Below are positions 1 to 21,000 of a stretch of DNA of 64,000 bases, in pieces (position 1 is the first letter of the stretch; each line of letters begins with the position of its first letter). The notes below the pieces were generated by a model, which saw nothing but the letters and a program-made list of their open reading frames with translations, did not search any database and was not told the DNA's origin. The translations under genes were made by a program, and so were the position numbers. The DNA is from Eledone cirrhosa. Taxonomy: Eukaryota. The stretch is from assembly GCA_964016885.1 (NCBI GenBank), contig OZ024744.1, positions 15,314,001-15,378,000 of the forward strand, given 5' to 3'.

Positions 1-3000
1 CACACACATATACACTCTCTCACACACACATATACACTCTCACACACACACATATACACTCTCTCACACACACATACACTCTCTAATACACACATATATA
101 CACTCTCACACACACATATACACTCTCTCTCTCACACACATATACACTCTCTGACACACACATATACACTCTCTCACACACACATATACACTCTCTCACA
201 CACACACATATACACTCTTTCACACACACACATATACACTCTCTCACACACACATATACACTCTCACACACGCACACATATACACTCTCTCACACACACA
301 TATACACTCTCACACACACACACATATACACTCACTCTCTCACACACATATACACTCTCTCACACCCACACATATACACTCTCTCGCACACACATATACA
401 ATCTCACACCCACATATACACTCTCACACACACACACATACACTCTCTCACACACACACACATATACACTCTCTCACACACACACATATACACTCTCACA
501 CACACATATACACTCTCACACACACACATATACACTCTCTCTCACACACATATACACTCTCTCACACACACACATATACACTCCCTCACACACATATATA
601 CACTCTCACACACATATACACTTTCACACACACACATGCACTCTCTCTATCACTCACACATATACACTCTCACAGACACACATATACACTCTCTCTCTCA
701 CACACATATACACTCTCTCACACACCCATATACAGTCTCTCACACACACATATACACTCTCTCTCACAGACATATACACTCTCTATCACACACATATACA
801 TTCTCTCACACACACATATATACTCTCACACACACATATACACTCTCTCACACACACATATACACTCTCTCACACACACACATATACACTCTTTCACACA
901 CACACATATACACTCTCTCACACACACATATACACTCTCTCACACACATATATACACTCTCTCTCTTACACACACACATATACACTCTCACACACACATA
1001 TACACTCTCTCACACACACATATACACTCTCTCACATACACATATACACTCTCACACACGCACACATATACACTCTCTCACACACACATATACACTCTCT
1101 CTCTCACACACATATACACTCTCTCACACACCCATATACAGTCTCTCACACACACATATACACTCTCTCTCACAGACATATACACTCTCTATCACACACA
1201 TATACATTCTCTCACACACACATATACACTCTCTTACACACACATATACACTCACTCACACACACATATATACTCTCACACACACACATATACACTCTCT
1301 CACACACACATATACACTCTCTCACACACACACATATACACTCTTTCACACACACACATATACACTCTCTCACACACACACATATACACTCTCTCACACA
1401 CATATATACACTCTCTCTCTCACACACACACATATACACTCTCACACACACATATACACTCTCTCACACACACATATACACTCTCTCACATACACACATA
1501 TACACTCTCACACACACACATATACACTCTCTCTCTCACACACATATACACTCTCTCTCACACACATATACACTCTCACACACGCACACATATACACTCT
1601 CACACACACATATACACTCTCACACACACACATATACACTTACTCTCTCACACACATATACACTCTCTCACACCCACACATATACACTCTCTCGCACACA
1701 CATATACAATCTCACACCCACATATACACTCTCACACACACACACATACACTCTCTCACACACACACACATATACACTCTCTCACACACACACATATGCA
1801 CTCCCTCACACACACATATACACTCTCACACACACATATACACTCTCACACACACACATATACACTCTCTCTCACACACATATACACTCTCTCACACACA
1901 CACATATACACTCCCTCACACACACATATACACTCTCACACACACATATACACTCTCACACACACACACATATACACTCTCTCACACACAAACATATACA
2001 CTCTCACACACACACACACATACTCTCTCTCACACACATATACCCTCTCTCACACACACACATATACACTCTCTGACACACACATATACACTCTCTCACA
2101 CACACACATATACACTCTCTCACACACACATTTACACTCTCTCGCACACACACATATACACTCTCTCACACACACATATACACTCTCTCACACACACACA
2201 TATACACTCTCACACATACATATACACTCTCTCACACACATATACACTCTCTCACATACACACATATACACTCTCACACACATATACACTCTCTCTCACA
2301 CACACATATACACTCTCTCACACACACATATACACTCTCACACACGCACACATATACACTCTCTCACACACACACATATACACTCTCACACACACACATA
2401 TACAATCACTCTCACACACACATATACACTCTCACACACATGCACTCTCTCTATCACTCACACATATACACTCTCACAGACACACATATACACTCTCTCT
2501 CTCACACACATATACACTCTCTCACACACCCATATACAGTCTCTCACACACACATATACACTCTCTCTCTCACAGACATATACACTCTCTATCACACACA
2601 TATACACTCTTTTACACACACGTATACACTCTCTCACACACACATATATACTCTCACACACACACATATACACTCTCTCACACACACATATACACTCTCT
2701 CACACACACACATATACACTCTTTCACACACACACATATACACTCTCTCACACACACACATATACACTCTCTCACACAGATATATACACTCTCTCTCTCA
2801 CACACACACATATACACTCTCACACACACATATACACTCTCTCACACACACATATACACTCTCTCACATACACACATATACACTCTCACACACACATATA
2901 CACTCTCTCTCTCACACACATATACACTTTTTCACACACACATATATACTCTCACACACGCACACATATACACTCTCTCACACACACACACACATACTCT

Positions 3001-6000
3001 CTCTCACACACATATACACTCATTCACACACACATATACACTCTCACACACACACATATACACTCTCACACACACATATACACACTCTCTCTCACACACA
3101 TATACACTCTCTCACACACACACATACATTCTCTCACACACACACATATACACTCTCACACACACACATATACACTCTCTCACACACACATACACTCTCT
3201 AACACACACACACATATACACTCTCACACACACATATACACTCTGTCTCTCACACACATATACACTCTCTCACACACACACATACACTCTCTCACACACA
3301 CACATATACACTCTCACACACACACACATACACTCTCTAACACACACACACACATATACACTCTCACACACACATATACACTCTCTCTCTCACACATATA
3401 CACTCTCTCTCACACACATATACACTCTCTCAGACACGCACATATACACTCTCTCTCACACATATACACTCTCTCTCTCACACATATACACTCTCTCACA
3501 CACACATATACACTCTCACACACACACATATACACTCTCTCACACACACACATATACACTCTCTCTCTCTCACACACATATACACTCTCTCACACACACA
3601 CATATACACTCTCACACACACACATATACACTCTCTCACACACACACATACACTCTCTCAGAGACACCGATATACACTCTCTCACACACACATATACACT
3701 CTCTCACACACACATATACACTCTCTCACACACACATATACTCTCTCACACACACATATACACTCTCTCTCTCACACATTCACTCTCTCTATCACACACA
3801 CATATACACTCTCTCTCTCACACACATACACTCTCTAATACACACACATATACACTCTCACACACACATATACACTCTCACACACACACATATACACTCT
3901 CTCACACACACATATACACTGTCACACACACATATATACACTATCTCACACACACATATACACTCTCTCACACACACATACACTCTCTGATACACACATA
4001 TATACACTCTCACACACACATATACACTCTCTCTCTCACACACATATACACTCTCTCACACACACATATACACTCTTACACACACACATATACACTCTCT
4101 CACACACACATACACTCTCTAATACACACATATATACACTCTCACACACACATATACACTCTCTCTCTCACACACATATACACTCTCTGACACACACATA
4201 TACACTCTCTCACACACACATATACACTCTCTCACACACACACATATACACTCTTTTACACACACACATATACACACTCTCACACACACATATACACTCT
4301 CACACACGCACACATATACACTCTCTCACACACACATATACACTCTCACACACACACATATACACTCACTCTCTCACACACATATACACTCTCTCACACC
4401 CACACATATACACTCTCTCGCACACACATATACAATCTCACACCCACATATACACTCTCACACACACACACATACACTCTCTCACACACACACACATATA
4501 CACTCTCTCACACACACACATATACACTCTCACACACACATATACACTCTCACACACACACATATACACTCTCTCTCACACACACATACACTCTCTCACA
4601 CACACACATATACACTCCCTCACACACATATATACACTCTCACACACATATACACTTTCACACACACACATGCACTCTCTCTATCACTCACACATATACA
4701 CTCTCACAGACACACATATACACTCTCTCACTCACACACATATACACTCTCTCACACACCCATATACAGTCTCTCACACACACATATACACTCTCTCTCA
4801 CAGACATATACACTCTCTATCACACACATATACACTCTCTTACACACACATATACATTCTCTCACACACACATATATACTCTCACACACACACATATACA
4901 CTCTCTCACACACACATATACACTCTCTCACACACACACATATATACTCTTTCACACGCACACATATACACTCTCTCACACACACATATACACTCTCTCA
5001 CACACATATATACACTCTCTCTCTTACACACACACATATACACTCTCACACACACATATACACTCTCTCACACACACATATACACTCTCTCACATACACA
5101 CATATACACTCTCACACACACACATATACACTCTCTCTCTCACACACATATACACTCTCTCACACACACATATACACTCTCACACACGCACACATATACA
5201 CTCTCTCACACACACATATACACTCTCACACACACACATATACACTTACTCTCTCACACACATATACACTCTCTCACACCCACACATATACACTCTCTCG
5301 CACACACATATACAATCTCACACCCACATATACACTCTCACACACACACACATACACTCTCTCACACACACACACATATACACTCTCTCACACACACACA
5401 TATGCACTCCCTCACACACACATATACTCTCACACACACATATACACTCTCACACACACACATATACACTCTCTCTCACACACATATACACTCTCTTACA
5501 CACACATATACACTCTCTCACACACACATATATACTCTCACACACACACATATACACGCTCTCACACACACATATACACTCTCTCACACACACACATATA
5601 CACTCTTTCTCACACACACATATACACTCTCTCACACACACACATATACACTCTCTCACACACATATATACACTCTCTCTCTCACACACACACATATACA
5701 CTCTCACACACACATATACACTCTCTCACACACACATATACACTCTCTCACATACACACATATACACTCTCACACACACACATATACACTCTCTCTCTCA
5801 CACACATATACACTCTCTCACACACACATATACACTCTCACACACGCACACATATACACTCTCTCACACACACATATACACTCTCACACACACACATATA
5901 CACTTACTCTCTCACACACATATACACTCTCTCACACCCACACATATACACTCTCTCGCACACACATATACAATCTCACACCCACATATACACTCTCACA

Positions 6001-9000
6001 CACACACACATACACTCTCTCACACACACACACATATACACTCTCTCACACACACACATATGCACTCCCTCACACACACATATACACTCTCACACACACA
6101 TATACACTCTCACACACACACATATACACTCTCTCTCACACACATATACACTCTCTCACACACACACATATACACTCCCTCACACACACATATACACTCT
6201 CACACACACATATACACTCTCAGACACACACACATATACACTCTCTCACACACAAACATATACACTCTCACACACACACACACATACTCTCTCTCACACA
6301 CATATACCCTCTCTCACACACACACATATACACTCTCTGACACACACATATACACTCTCTCACACACACATATATACACTCTCTCACACACACATTTACA
6401 CTCTCTCGCACACACACATATACACTCTCTCACACACATATATACACTCTCTCTCTCACACACACATATACACTCTCTCACACACACACATATACACTCT
6501 CTTACACACACATATACATTCTCTCACACACACATATATACTCTCACACACACACATATACACTCTCTCACACACACATATACACTCTCTCACACACACA
6601 CATATATACTCTTTCACACGCACACATATACACTCTCTCACACACACATATACACTCTCTCACACACATATATACACTCTCTCTCTTACACACACACATA
6701 TACACTCTCACACACACATATACACTCTCTCACACACACATATACACTCTCTCACATACACACATATACACTCTCACACACACACATATACACTCTCTCT
6801 CTCACACACATATACACTCTCTCACACACACATATACACTCTCACACACGCACACATATACACTCTCTCACACACACATATACACTCTCACACACACACA
6901 TATACACTTACTCTCTCACACACATATACACTCTCTCACACCCACACATATACACTCTCTCGCACACACATATACAATCTCACACCCACATATACACTCT
7001 CACACACACACACATACACTCTCTCACACACACACACATATACACTCTCTCACACACACACATATGCACTCCCTCACACACACATATACTCTCACACACA
7101 CATATACACTCTCACACACACACATATACACTCTCTCTCACACACATATACACTCTCTTACACACACATATACACTCTCTCACACACACATATATACTCT
7201 CACACACACACATATACACGCTCTCACACACACATATACACTCTCTCACACACACACATATACACTCTTTCACACACACACATATACACTCTCTCACACA
7301 CACACATATACACTCTCTCACACACATATATACACTCTCTCTCTCACACACACACATATACACTCTCACACACACATATACACTCTCTCACACACACATA
7401 TACACTCTCTCACATACACACATATACACTCTCACACACACACATATACACTCTCTCTCTCACACACATATACACTCTCTCACACACACATATACACTCT
7501 CACACACGCACACATATACACTCTCTCACACACACATATACACTCTCACACACACACATATACACTTACTCTCTCACACACATATACACTCTCTCACACC
7601 CACACATATACACTCTCTCGCACACACATATACAATCTCACACCCACATATACACTCTCACACACACACACATACACTCTCTCACACACACACACATATA
7701 CACTCTCTCACACACACACATATGCACTCCCTCACACACACATATACACTCTCACACACACATATACACTCTCACACACACACATATACACTCTCTCTCA
7801 CACACATATACACTCTCTCACACACACACATATACACTCCCTCACACACACATATACACTCTCACACACACATATACACTCTCAGACACACACACATATA
7901 CACTCTCTCACACACAAACATATACACTCTCACACACACACACACATACTCTCTCTCACACACATATACCCTCTCTCACACACACACATATACACTCTCT
8001 GACACACACATATACACTCTCTCACACACACATATATACACTCTCTCACACACACATTTACACTCTCTCGCACACACACATATACACTCTCTCACACACA
8101 TATATACACTCTCTCTCTCACACACACATATACACTCTCTCACACACACACATATACACTCTCACACATACATATACACTCTCTCACACACACATATACA
8201 CTCTCTCACATACACACATATACACTCTCACACACATATACACTCTCTCTCACACACACATATACACTCTCTCACACACACATATACACTCTCACACACG
8301 CACACATATACACTCTCTCACACACACACATATACACTCTCACACACACACATATACAATCACTCTCACACACACATATACACTCTCACACACATGCACT
8401 CTCTCTATCACTCACACATATACACTCTCACAGACACACATATACACTCTCTCTCTCACACACATATACACTCTCTCACACACCCATATACAGTCTCTCA
8501 CACACACATATACACTCTCTCTCTCACAGACATATACACTCTCTATCACACACATATACACTCTCTTACACACACGTATACACTCTCTCACACACACATA
8601 TATACTCTCACACACACACATATACACTCTCTCACACACACATATACACTCTCTCACACACACACATATACACTCTTTCACACACACACATATACACTCT
8701 CTCACACACACACATATACACTCTCTCACACAGATATATACACTCTCTCTCTCACACACACACATATACACTCTCACACACACATATACACTCTCTCACA
8801 CACACATATACACTCTCTCACATACACACATATACACTCTCACACACACATATACACTCTCTCTCTCACACACATATACACTTTTTCACACACACATATA
8901 TACTCTCACACACGCACACATATACACTCTCTCACACACACACACACATACTCTCTCTCACACACATATACCCTCTCTCACACACACATATACACTCTCT

Positions 9001-12000
9001 CTCACACACATATACACTCCCTCACACACACATATACACTCATTCACACACACATATACACTCTCACACACACATATACACACTCTGTCTCACACACATA
9101 TACCCTCTCTCACACACACACATACATTCTCTCACACACACACATATACACTCTCACACACACACATATACACTCTCTCACACACACATACACTCTCTAA
9201 CACACACACACATATACACTCTCACACACACATATACACTCTGTCTCTCACACACATATACACTCTCTCACACACACACATACACTCTCTCACACACACA
9301 CATATACACTCTCATACACACACACATACACTCTCTAACACACACACACACATATACACTCTCACACACACATATACACTCTCTCTCTCACACATATACA
9401 CTCTCTCTCACACACATATACACTCTCTCAGACACACACATATACACTCTCTCTCACACATATACACTCTCTCTCTCACACATATACACTCTCTCACACA
9501 CACATATACACTCTCACACACACACATATACACTCTCTCACACACACACATATACACTCTCTCTCTCTCACACACATATACACTCTCTCACACACACACA
9601 TATACACTCTCACACACACACATATACACTCTCTCACACACACACATACACTCTCTCAGAGACACCGATATACACTCTCTCACACACACATATACACTCT
9701 CTCACACACACATATTCACTCTCTCACACACACATATACTCTCTCACACACACATATACACTCTCTCTCTCACACATTCACTCTCTCTATCACACACACA
9801 TATACACTCTCTCTCTCTCACACACATACACTCTCTAATACACACACATATACACTCTCACACACACATATACACTCTCACACACACACATATACACTCC
9901 CTCACACACACATATACACTGTCACACACACATATATACACTATCTCACACACACATATACACTCTCTCACACACACATACACTCTCTGATACACAGATA
10001 TATACACTCTCACACACACATATACACTCTCTCTCTCACACACATATACACTCTCTCACACACACATATACACTCTTACACACACACATATACACTCTCT
10101 CACACACACATACACTCTCTAATACACACATATATACACTCTCACACACACATATACTCTCTCTCTCTCACACACATATACACTCTCTGACACACACATA
10201 TACACTTTCTCGCACACACATATACACTCTCTCACACACACACATATACACTCTCACACACACACATATACACTCTCTCACACACACATATACACTCTCT
10301 CACACACACATACACTCTCTAACACACACACACATATACACTCTCACACACACATATACACACTCTCACACATATACACTCTCTCTCACACACATATACA
10401 CTCTCTCAGACACACACATATACACTCTCTCACTCTCTCACAGACATATACACTCTCTCACACACACACATATACACTCTCTCACACACACACATATACA
10501 CTCTCTCACACACATATACACTCTCACACACACACATATACACTCTCTCACACACACACAAACACTCTCTCAGAGACACCGATATACACTCTCTCACACA
10601 CACATATACTCTCTCACACACACATATACACTCTCTCTCTCACACATGCACTCTCTCTATCACACACACATATACACTCTCTCTCTCACACACATATACA
10701 CTCTCTCACACACACATATACACTCTCACACACACACATATACACTCTCTCACACACACACATATACACTCTCACACACACACATATACACTCTCTCACA
10801 CACATATACACTCTCTCACACACACATACACTCTCTAACACACACACATATACACTCTCACACACACACATATACACTCTCACACACACACATATACACT
10901 CTCTCACACACACATATACACTGTCACACACACACATATACACTATCTCACACACACATATACACTCTCTCACACACACATACACTCTCTAATACACACA
11001 TATATACACTCTGACACACACATATACACTCTCTCTCTCACACACATATACACTCTCTCACACACACATATACACTCTCACACACACACATATACACTCT
11101 CTCACACACCCATACACTCTCTAATACACACATATATACACTCTCACACACACATATACACTCTCTCTCTCACACACATATACACTCTCTGACACACACA
11201 TATACACTCTCTCACACACACATATACTCTCTCACACACACACATATACACTCTTTCACACACACACACATACTCTCTCTCACACACACATATACACTCT
11301 CACACACGCACACATATACACTCTCTCACACACACATATACACTCTCACACACACACATATACACTCACTCTCTCACACACATATACACTCTCTCACACC
11401 CACACATATACACTCTCTCGCACACACATATACAATCTCACACCCACATATACACTCTCACACACACACACATACACTCTCTCACACACACACACATATA
11501 CACTCTCTCACACACACACATATACACTCTCACACACACATATACACTCTCACACACACACATATACACTCTCTCTCACACACATATACACTCTCTCACA
11601 CACACACATATACACTCCCTCACACACATATATACACTCTCACACACACATATACACTTTCACACACATGCACTCTCTCTATCACTCACACATATACACT
11701 CTCACAGACACACATATACACTCTCTCTCTCACACACATATACACTCTCTCACACACCCATATACAGTCTCTCACACACACATATACACTCTCTCTCACA
11801 GACATATACACTCTCTATCACACACATATACACTCTCTTACACACACATATACACTCTCTCACACACACATATATACTCTCACACACACACATATACACT
11901 CTCTCACACACACATATACACTCTCTCACACACACACATATACACTCTTTCACACACACACATATACACTCTCTCACACACACACATATACACTCTCTCA

Positions 12001-15000
12001 CACACATATATACACTCTCTCTCTTACACACACACATATACACTCTCACACACACATATACACTCTCTCACACACACATATACACTCTCTCACATACACA
12101 CATATACACTCTCACACACACACATATACACTCTCTCTCTCACACACATATACACTCTCTCACACACACATATACACTCTCACACACGCACACATATACA
12201 CTCTCTCACACACACATATACACTCTCACACACACACATATACACTTACTCTCTCACACACATATACACTCTCTCACACCCACACATATACACTCTCTCG
12301 CACACACATATACAATCTCACACCCACATATACACTCTCACACACACACACATACACTCTCTCACACACACACACATATACACTCTCTCACACACACACA
12401 TATGCACTCCCTCACACACACATATACACTCTCACACACACATATACACTCTCACACACACACATATACACTCTCTCTCACACACATATACACTCTCTTA
12501 CACACACATATACACTCTCTCACACACACATATATACTCTCACACACACACATATACACTCTCTCACACACACATATACACTCTCTCACACACACACATA
12601 TACACTCTTTCACACACACACATATACACTCTCTCACACACACACATATACACTCTCTCACACACATATATACACTCTCTCTCTCACACACACACATATA
12701 CACTCTCACACACACATATACACTCTCTCACACACACATATACACTCTCTCACATACACACATATACACTCTCACACACACACATATACACTCTCTCTCT
12801 CACACACATATACACTCTCTCACACACACATATACACTCTCACACACGCACACATATACACTCTCTCACACACACATATACACTTACTCTCTCACACACA
12901 TATACACTCTCTCACACCCACACATATACACTCTCTCGCACACACATATACAATCTCACACCCACATATACACTCTCACACACACACACATACACTCTCT
13001 CACACACACACACATATACACTCTCTCACACACACACATATGCACTCCCTCACACACACATATACACTCTCACACACACATATACACTCTCACACACACA
13101 CATATACACTCTCTCTCACACACATATACACTCTCTCACACACACACATATACACTCCCTCACACACACATATACACTCTCACACACACATATACACTCT
13201 CACACACACACATATACACTCTCTCTCACACACATATACACTCTCTCACACACACACATATACACTCTCACACACACACATATACACTCTCTCTCACACA
13301 CATATACCCTCTCTCACACACACACATATACACTCTCTCACACACACATATACACTCCCTCACACACACATATACACTCTCTCACACACACATATACACT
13401 CTCACACACACACATATACACTCTCACACACGCATATACACACTCTCTCTCACACACATATACACTCTCTCACACACACACATACACTCTCTCACACACA
13501 CACACATACACTCTCTAAGACACACACACATATACACTCTCACACACACATATACACTCTCTCTCTCACACACATATACACTCTCTCACACACATATACA
13601 CTCTCACACACACACATATACACTCTCTCACACACACACATACACTCTCTCAGAGACACATATACACTCTCTCACACACACATATACACTCTCACACACA
13701 CACATATACACTCTCTCACACACACATATACATGCTCGCACACACAGATACACTCTCTAACACACACACATATACACTCTCACACACACACATATACACT
13801 CTCACACACACACATATACACTCTCTCTCACACACATATATAGACTCTCTCACACACACATATACACTCTATCACACACACACATACACTCTCTAATACA
13901 CACACACATATACACACTCACACACACACATATACACTCACTCTCTCACACACATATACACTCTCTCACACACACATATACACTCTCTCACACACACATA
14001 TACACTCTCTCACAGACACACATATACACTCTCACACACACACACACACACACATACTCTCTCTCACACACATATACCCTCTCTCACACACACACATATA
14101 CACTCTCTGACACACACATATACACTCCCTCACACACACATATGCACTCTCTCACACACACATATACACTCTCACACACACACATATGCACTCTCTCTCT
14201 CACACACATATACACTCTCTCACACACACACATATACTCTCTCTCACACACACACATATACACTCTCACACACACACATATACACTCTCTCACACACACA
14301 TATACACTCTCTCACACACATATACACTCTCTCACACATACATATACACTCTCTCTCTCACACATGCACTCTCTCTATCACACACTTATATACACTCTCA
14401 CACACACACATATACAATTTCTCACACACATATACACTCTCACACACACGCATATACACTCTCTCACACACACACATACACTCTCACAAACACATATACA
14501 CTCTCTCACACACATATACACTCTCTATCACACACATATATACTCTCTCTCACACGCATATACACTCTCTCTCTCTCACAGATATATATACACTCTCTCA
14601 TACACATATATACACTCTCTCTCTCACACACACATATACACTCTCTCACACACACACATATACACTCTCACACACACACACACATACTCTCTCTCACACA
14701 CATATACCCTCTCTCACACACACACATATACACTCTCTGACACACACATATACACTCTCTCACACACACACATATACACTCTCTCACACACACATTTACA
14801 CTCTCTCACACACACACATATACACTCTCTCACACACATATATACACTCCCTCTCTCACACACACATATACACTCTCTCACACACACACATATACACTCT
14901 CACACACACATATACACTCTCTCACACACACATATACACTCTCTCACATACACACATATACACTCTCACACACATATACACTCTCTTTCACACACACATA

Positions 15001-18000
15001 TACACTCTCTCACACACACATATACACTCTCACACACACACATGCACTCTCTCTATCACTCACACATATACACTCTCACAGACACACATATACACTCTCT
15101 CTCACACACATATACACTCTCTCACACACCCATATACAGTCTCTCACACACACATATACACTCTCTCTCTCACAGACATATACACTCTCTATCACACACA
15201 TATACACTCTCTTACACACACATATACACTCTCTCACACATACATATATACTCTCACACACACACATATACACTCTCTCACACACACATATACACTCTCT
15301 CACACACACACATATACACTCTTTCACACACACACATATACACTCTCTCACACACACACATATACACTCTCTCACACACATATATACACTCTCTCTCTCA
15401 CACACACACATATACACTCTCACACACACATATACACTCTCTCACACACACATATACACTCTCTCACATACACACATATACACTCTCACACACACACATA
15501 TACACTCTCTCTCTCACACACATATACACTCTCTCACACACACATATACACTCTCACACACGCACACATATACACTCTCTCACACACACATATACACTCT
15601 CACACACACACATATAGACTCACTCTCTCACACACATATACACTCTCTCACACACACATATACACTCTCACACACATATATAGACTCTCTCACACACACA
15701 TATACACTCTATCACACACACACATACACTCTCTAATACACACACACATATACACTCTCACACACACACATATACACGCACTCTCTCACACACATATACA
15801 CTCTCTCACACACACATATACACTCTCTCACACACACATATACACTCTCTCACAGACACACATATACACTCTCACACACACACACACACACATACTCTCT
15901 CTCACACACATATACCCTCTCTCACACACACACATATACACTCTCTGACACACACATATACACTCCCTCACACACACATATGCACTCTCTCACACACACA
16001 TATACACTCTCACACACACACATATTCACTCTCTCTCTCACACACATATACACTCTCTCACACACACACATATACACTCTCACACACACACATATACACA
16101 CTCTCTCTCACACACATATACACTCTCTCACACACACACATATACACTCTCACACACACACATATACACTCTCTCACACACACATATACACTCTCTCACA
16201 CACATATACACTCTCTCACACATACATATACACTCTCTCTCACACATGCACTCTCTCTATCACACACATATATACACTCTAACACACACACATATACACT
16301 TTCTCACACACATATACACTCTCACACACACACATATACACTCTCTCACACACACACATACACTCTCACACACACATATACATTCTCTCACACACATATA
16401 CACTCTCTATCACACACATATATACTCTCTCTCACACGCATATACACTCTCTCTCTCTCACAGACATATACACTCTCTATCACACACATATACACTCTCT
16501 CACACACATATATACACTCTCTCTCTCACACACACATATACACTCTCTCACACACACACATATACACTCTCACACACACACACACATACTCTCTCTCACA
16601 CACATATACCCTCTCTCACACACACACATATACACTCTCTGACACACACATATACACTCTCTCACACACACACATATACACTCTCTCACACACACATTTA
16701 CACTCTCTCACACACACACATATACACTCTCTCACACACATATATACACTCTCTCACACACACACATATACACTCTCACACACACATATACACTCTCTCA
16801 CACACACATATACACTCTCTCACATACACACATATACACTCTCACACACATATACACTCTCTCTCACACACACATATACACTCTCTCACACACACATATA
16901 CACTCTCACACACGCACACATATACACTCTCTCACACACACACATATACACTCTCACACACACACATATACAATCACTCTCACACACACACATGCACTCG
17001 CTCTATCACTCACACATATACACTCTCACAGACACACATATACACTCTCTCTCTCACACACATATGCACTCTCTCTCTCACACACATATACACTCTCTCA
17101 CACACACACATATACACTCTCTCACACACATACATATACACTCTCTCTATCACACACATATATACACTCTCACACACACACATATACACTTTCTCACACG
17201 CATATACACTCTCTCACACACACACATACACTCTCACACACACATATACACTCTCTCACACACATATACACTCTCTATCACACACATATATACTCTCTCT
17301 CACACGCATATACACTCTCTCTCTCTCACAGATATATATACACTCTCTATCACACACATATACACTCTCTCATACACATATATACACTCTCTCTCTCACA
17401 CACACATATACACTCTCTCACACACACACATATACACTCTCACACACACACACACATACTCTCTCTCACACACATATACCCTCTCTCACACACACACATA
17501 TACACTCTCTGACACACACATATACACTCTCTCACACACACACACATACACTCTCTCACACACACATTTACACTCTCTCACACACACACATATACACTCT
17601 CTCACACACATATATACACTCCCTCTCTCACACACACATATACACTCTCTCACACACACACATATACACTCTCACACACACATATACACTCTCTCACACA
17701 CACATATACACTCTCACACACACACATATACAATCACTCTCACAGACACACATATACACTCTCTCTCTCACACACATATACACTCTCTCACACACCCATA
17801 AACAGTCTCTCACACACACATATACACTCTCTCTCTCACAGACATATACACTCTCTATCACACACATATACACTCTCTTACACACACATATACACTCTCT
17901 CACACACACATATATACTCTCACACACACACATATACACTCTCTCACACACACATATACACTCTCTCACACATATACACTCTTTCACACACACACATATA

Positions 18001-21000
18001 AACTCTCTCACACACACACATATACACTCTCTCACACACATATATACACTCTCTCTCTCACACACACACATATACACTCTCACACACACATATACACTCT
18101 CTCACACACACATATACACTCTCTCGCATACACACATATACACCCTCACACACACACATATACACTCTCTCTCTCACACACATATACACTCTCTCACACA
18201 CACATATACACTCTCACACACGCACACATATACACTCTCTCACACACACATATACACTCTCACACACACACATATACACTCACTCTCTCACACACATATA
18301 CACTCTCTCACACCCACACATATACACTCTCTCGCACACACATATACAATCTCACACCCACATATACACTCTCACACACACACACATACACTCTCTCACA
18401 CACACACACATATACACTCTCTCACACACACATATGCACTCCCTCACACACACATATACACTCTCACACACACATATACACTCTCACACACACACATATA
18501 CACTCTCTCTCACACACATATACACTCTCTCACACACACACATATACACTCTCACACACACACATATACACTCTCTCTCTCACACACATGTACACTCTCA
18601 CACACACACACATACACTCTCTCTCTCACACACATATACACTCTCTCACACACACATATACACTCTCTCGCACACACATATACACTCTCTCACACACACA
18701 TATATACACTCTCACACACACACACACATACTCTCTCTCACACACATATACCCTCTCTCACACACACATATACACTCTCTCTCCACACACATATACACTC
18801 CCTCACACACACATATACACTCTCTCACACACACATATACACTCTCACACACACACATATACACTCTCACACACACATATACACACTCTCTCTCACACAC
18901 ATATACACTCTCTCACACACACACATACACTCTCTCACACACACATATACACTCTCACACACACACACATACACTCTCTAATACACACACACATATACAC
19001 TCTCTCTCTCACACATATACACTCTCTCTCACACACATATACACTCTCTCAGACACACACATATACACTCTCTCTCACACATATAAACTCTCTCTCTCAC
19101 ACATATACACTCTCTCACACACACATATACACTCTCTCACACACACATATACATTCTCTCTCTCACACACACACATATACACTCTCTCACACACACACAT
19201 ATACACTCTCTCTCTCTCTCACACACATATAGACTCTCTCACACACACACATATACTCTCTCTCACACACACACATATACACTCTCACACACACACATAT
19301 ACACTCTCTCACACACACATATACTCTCTCACACACACATATACACTCTCTCTCTCACACATTCACTCTCTCTATCACACACACATATACACTCTCTCTC
19401 TCACACACATACACTCTCTAATACACACACATATACACTCTCACACACACACATATACACTCTCTCACACACACACATATACACTCTCACACACACACAT
19501 ATACACTCTCTCACACACACATATACACTCTCTCACACACACATATACACTGTCACACACACATATATACACTATCTCACACACACATATACACTCTCTC
19601 ACACACACATACACTCTCTAATACACACATATATACACTCTCACACACACATATACACTCTCTCTCTCACACACATATACACTCTCTGACACACACATAT
19701 ACACTCTCTCGCACACACATATACACTCTCTCACACACACACATATACACTCTCACACACACACATATACACTCTCTCACACACACATATACACTCTCTC
19801 ACACACACATACACTCTCTAACACACACACACATATACACTCTCACACACACATATACACACTCTCACACATATACACTCTCTCTCACACACATATACAC
19901 TCTCTCAGACACACACATATACACTCTCTCTCACACATATACACTCTCTCTCACACATATACACTCTCTCTCACACATATACACTCTCTCACACACACAT
20001 ATACACTCTCTCACACACACATATACACTCTCTCTCTCTCACACACACATATACACTCTCTCACACACACACATATACACTCTCTCTCTCACAGACATAT
20101 ACACTCTCTCACACACACACATATACACTCTCTCACACACACACATATACACTCTCTCACACACATATACACTCTCACACACACACATATACACTCTCTC
20201 ACACACACACATACACTCTCTCAGAGACACCGATATACACTCTCTCACACACACATATACACTCTCTCACACACACATATACTCTCTCACACACACATAT
20301 ACACTCTCTCTCTCACACATGCACTCTCTCTATCACACACACATATACACTCTCTCTCTCACACACATATACACTCTCTCACACACACATATACACTCTC
20401 ACACACACACATATACACTCTCTCACACACACACATATACACTCTCACACACACACATATACATTCTCTCACACACACATATACACTCTCTCACACACAC
20501 ATACACTCTCTAACACACACACATATACACTCTCACACACACACATATACACTCTCACACACACACATATACACTCTCTCACACACACATATACACTGTC
20601 ACACACACACATATACACTATCTCACACACACATATACACTCTCTCACACACACATACACTCTCTAATACACACATATATACACTCTCACACACACATAT
20701 AAACTCTCTCTCTCACACACATATACACTCTCTCACACACACATATACACTCTCACACACACATATACACTCTCTCACACACACATACACTCTCTAATAC
20801 ACACACATATACACTCTCTCTCTCACACACATATACACTCTCTGACACACACATATACACTCTCTCGCACACACATATACACTCTCTCACACACACACAT
20901 ATACACTCTCACACACACACACATATACACTCTCTCACACACACATATACACTCTCTCACACACATACACTCTCTAACACACACACACATATACACTCTC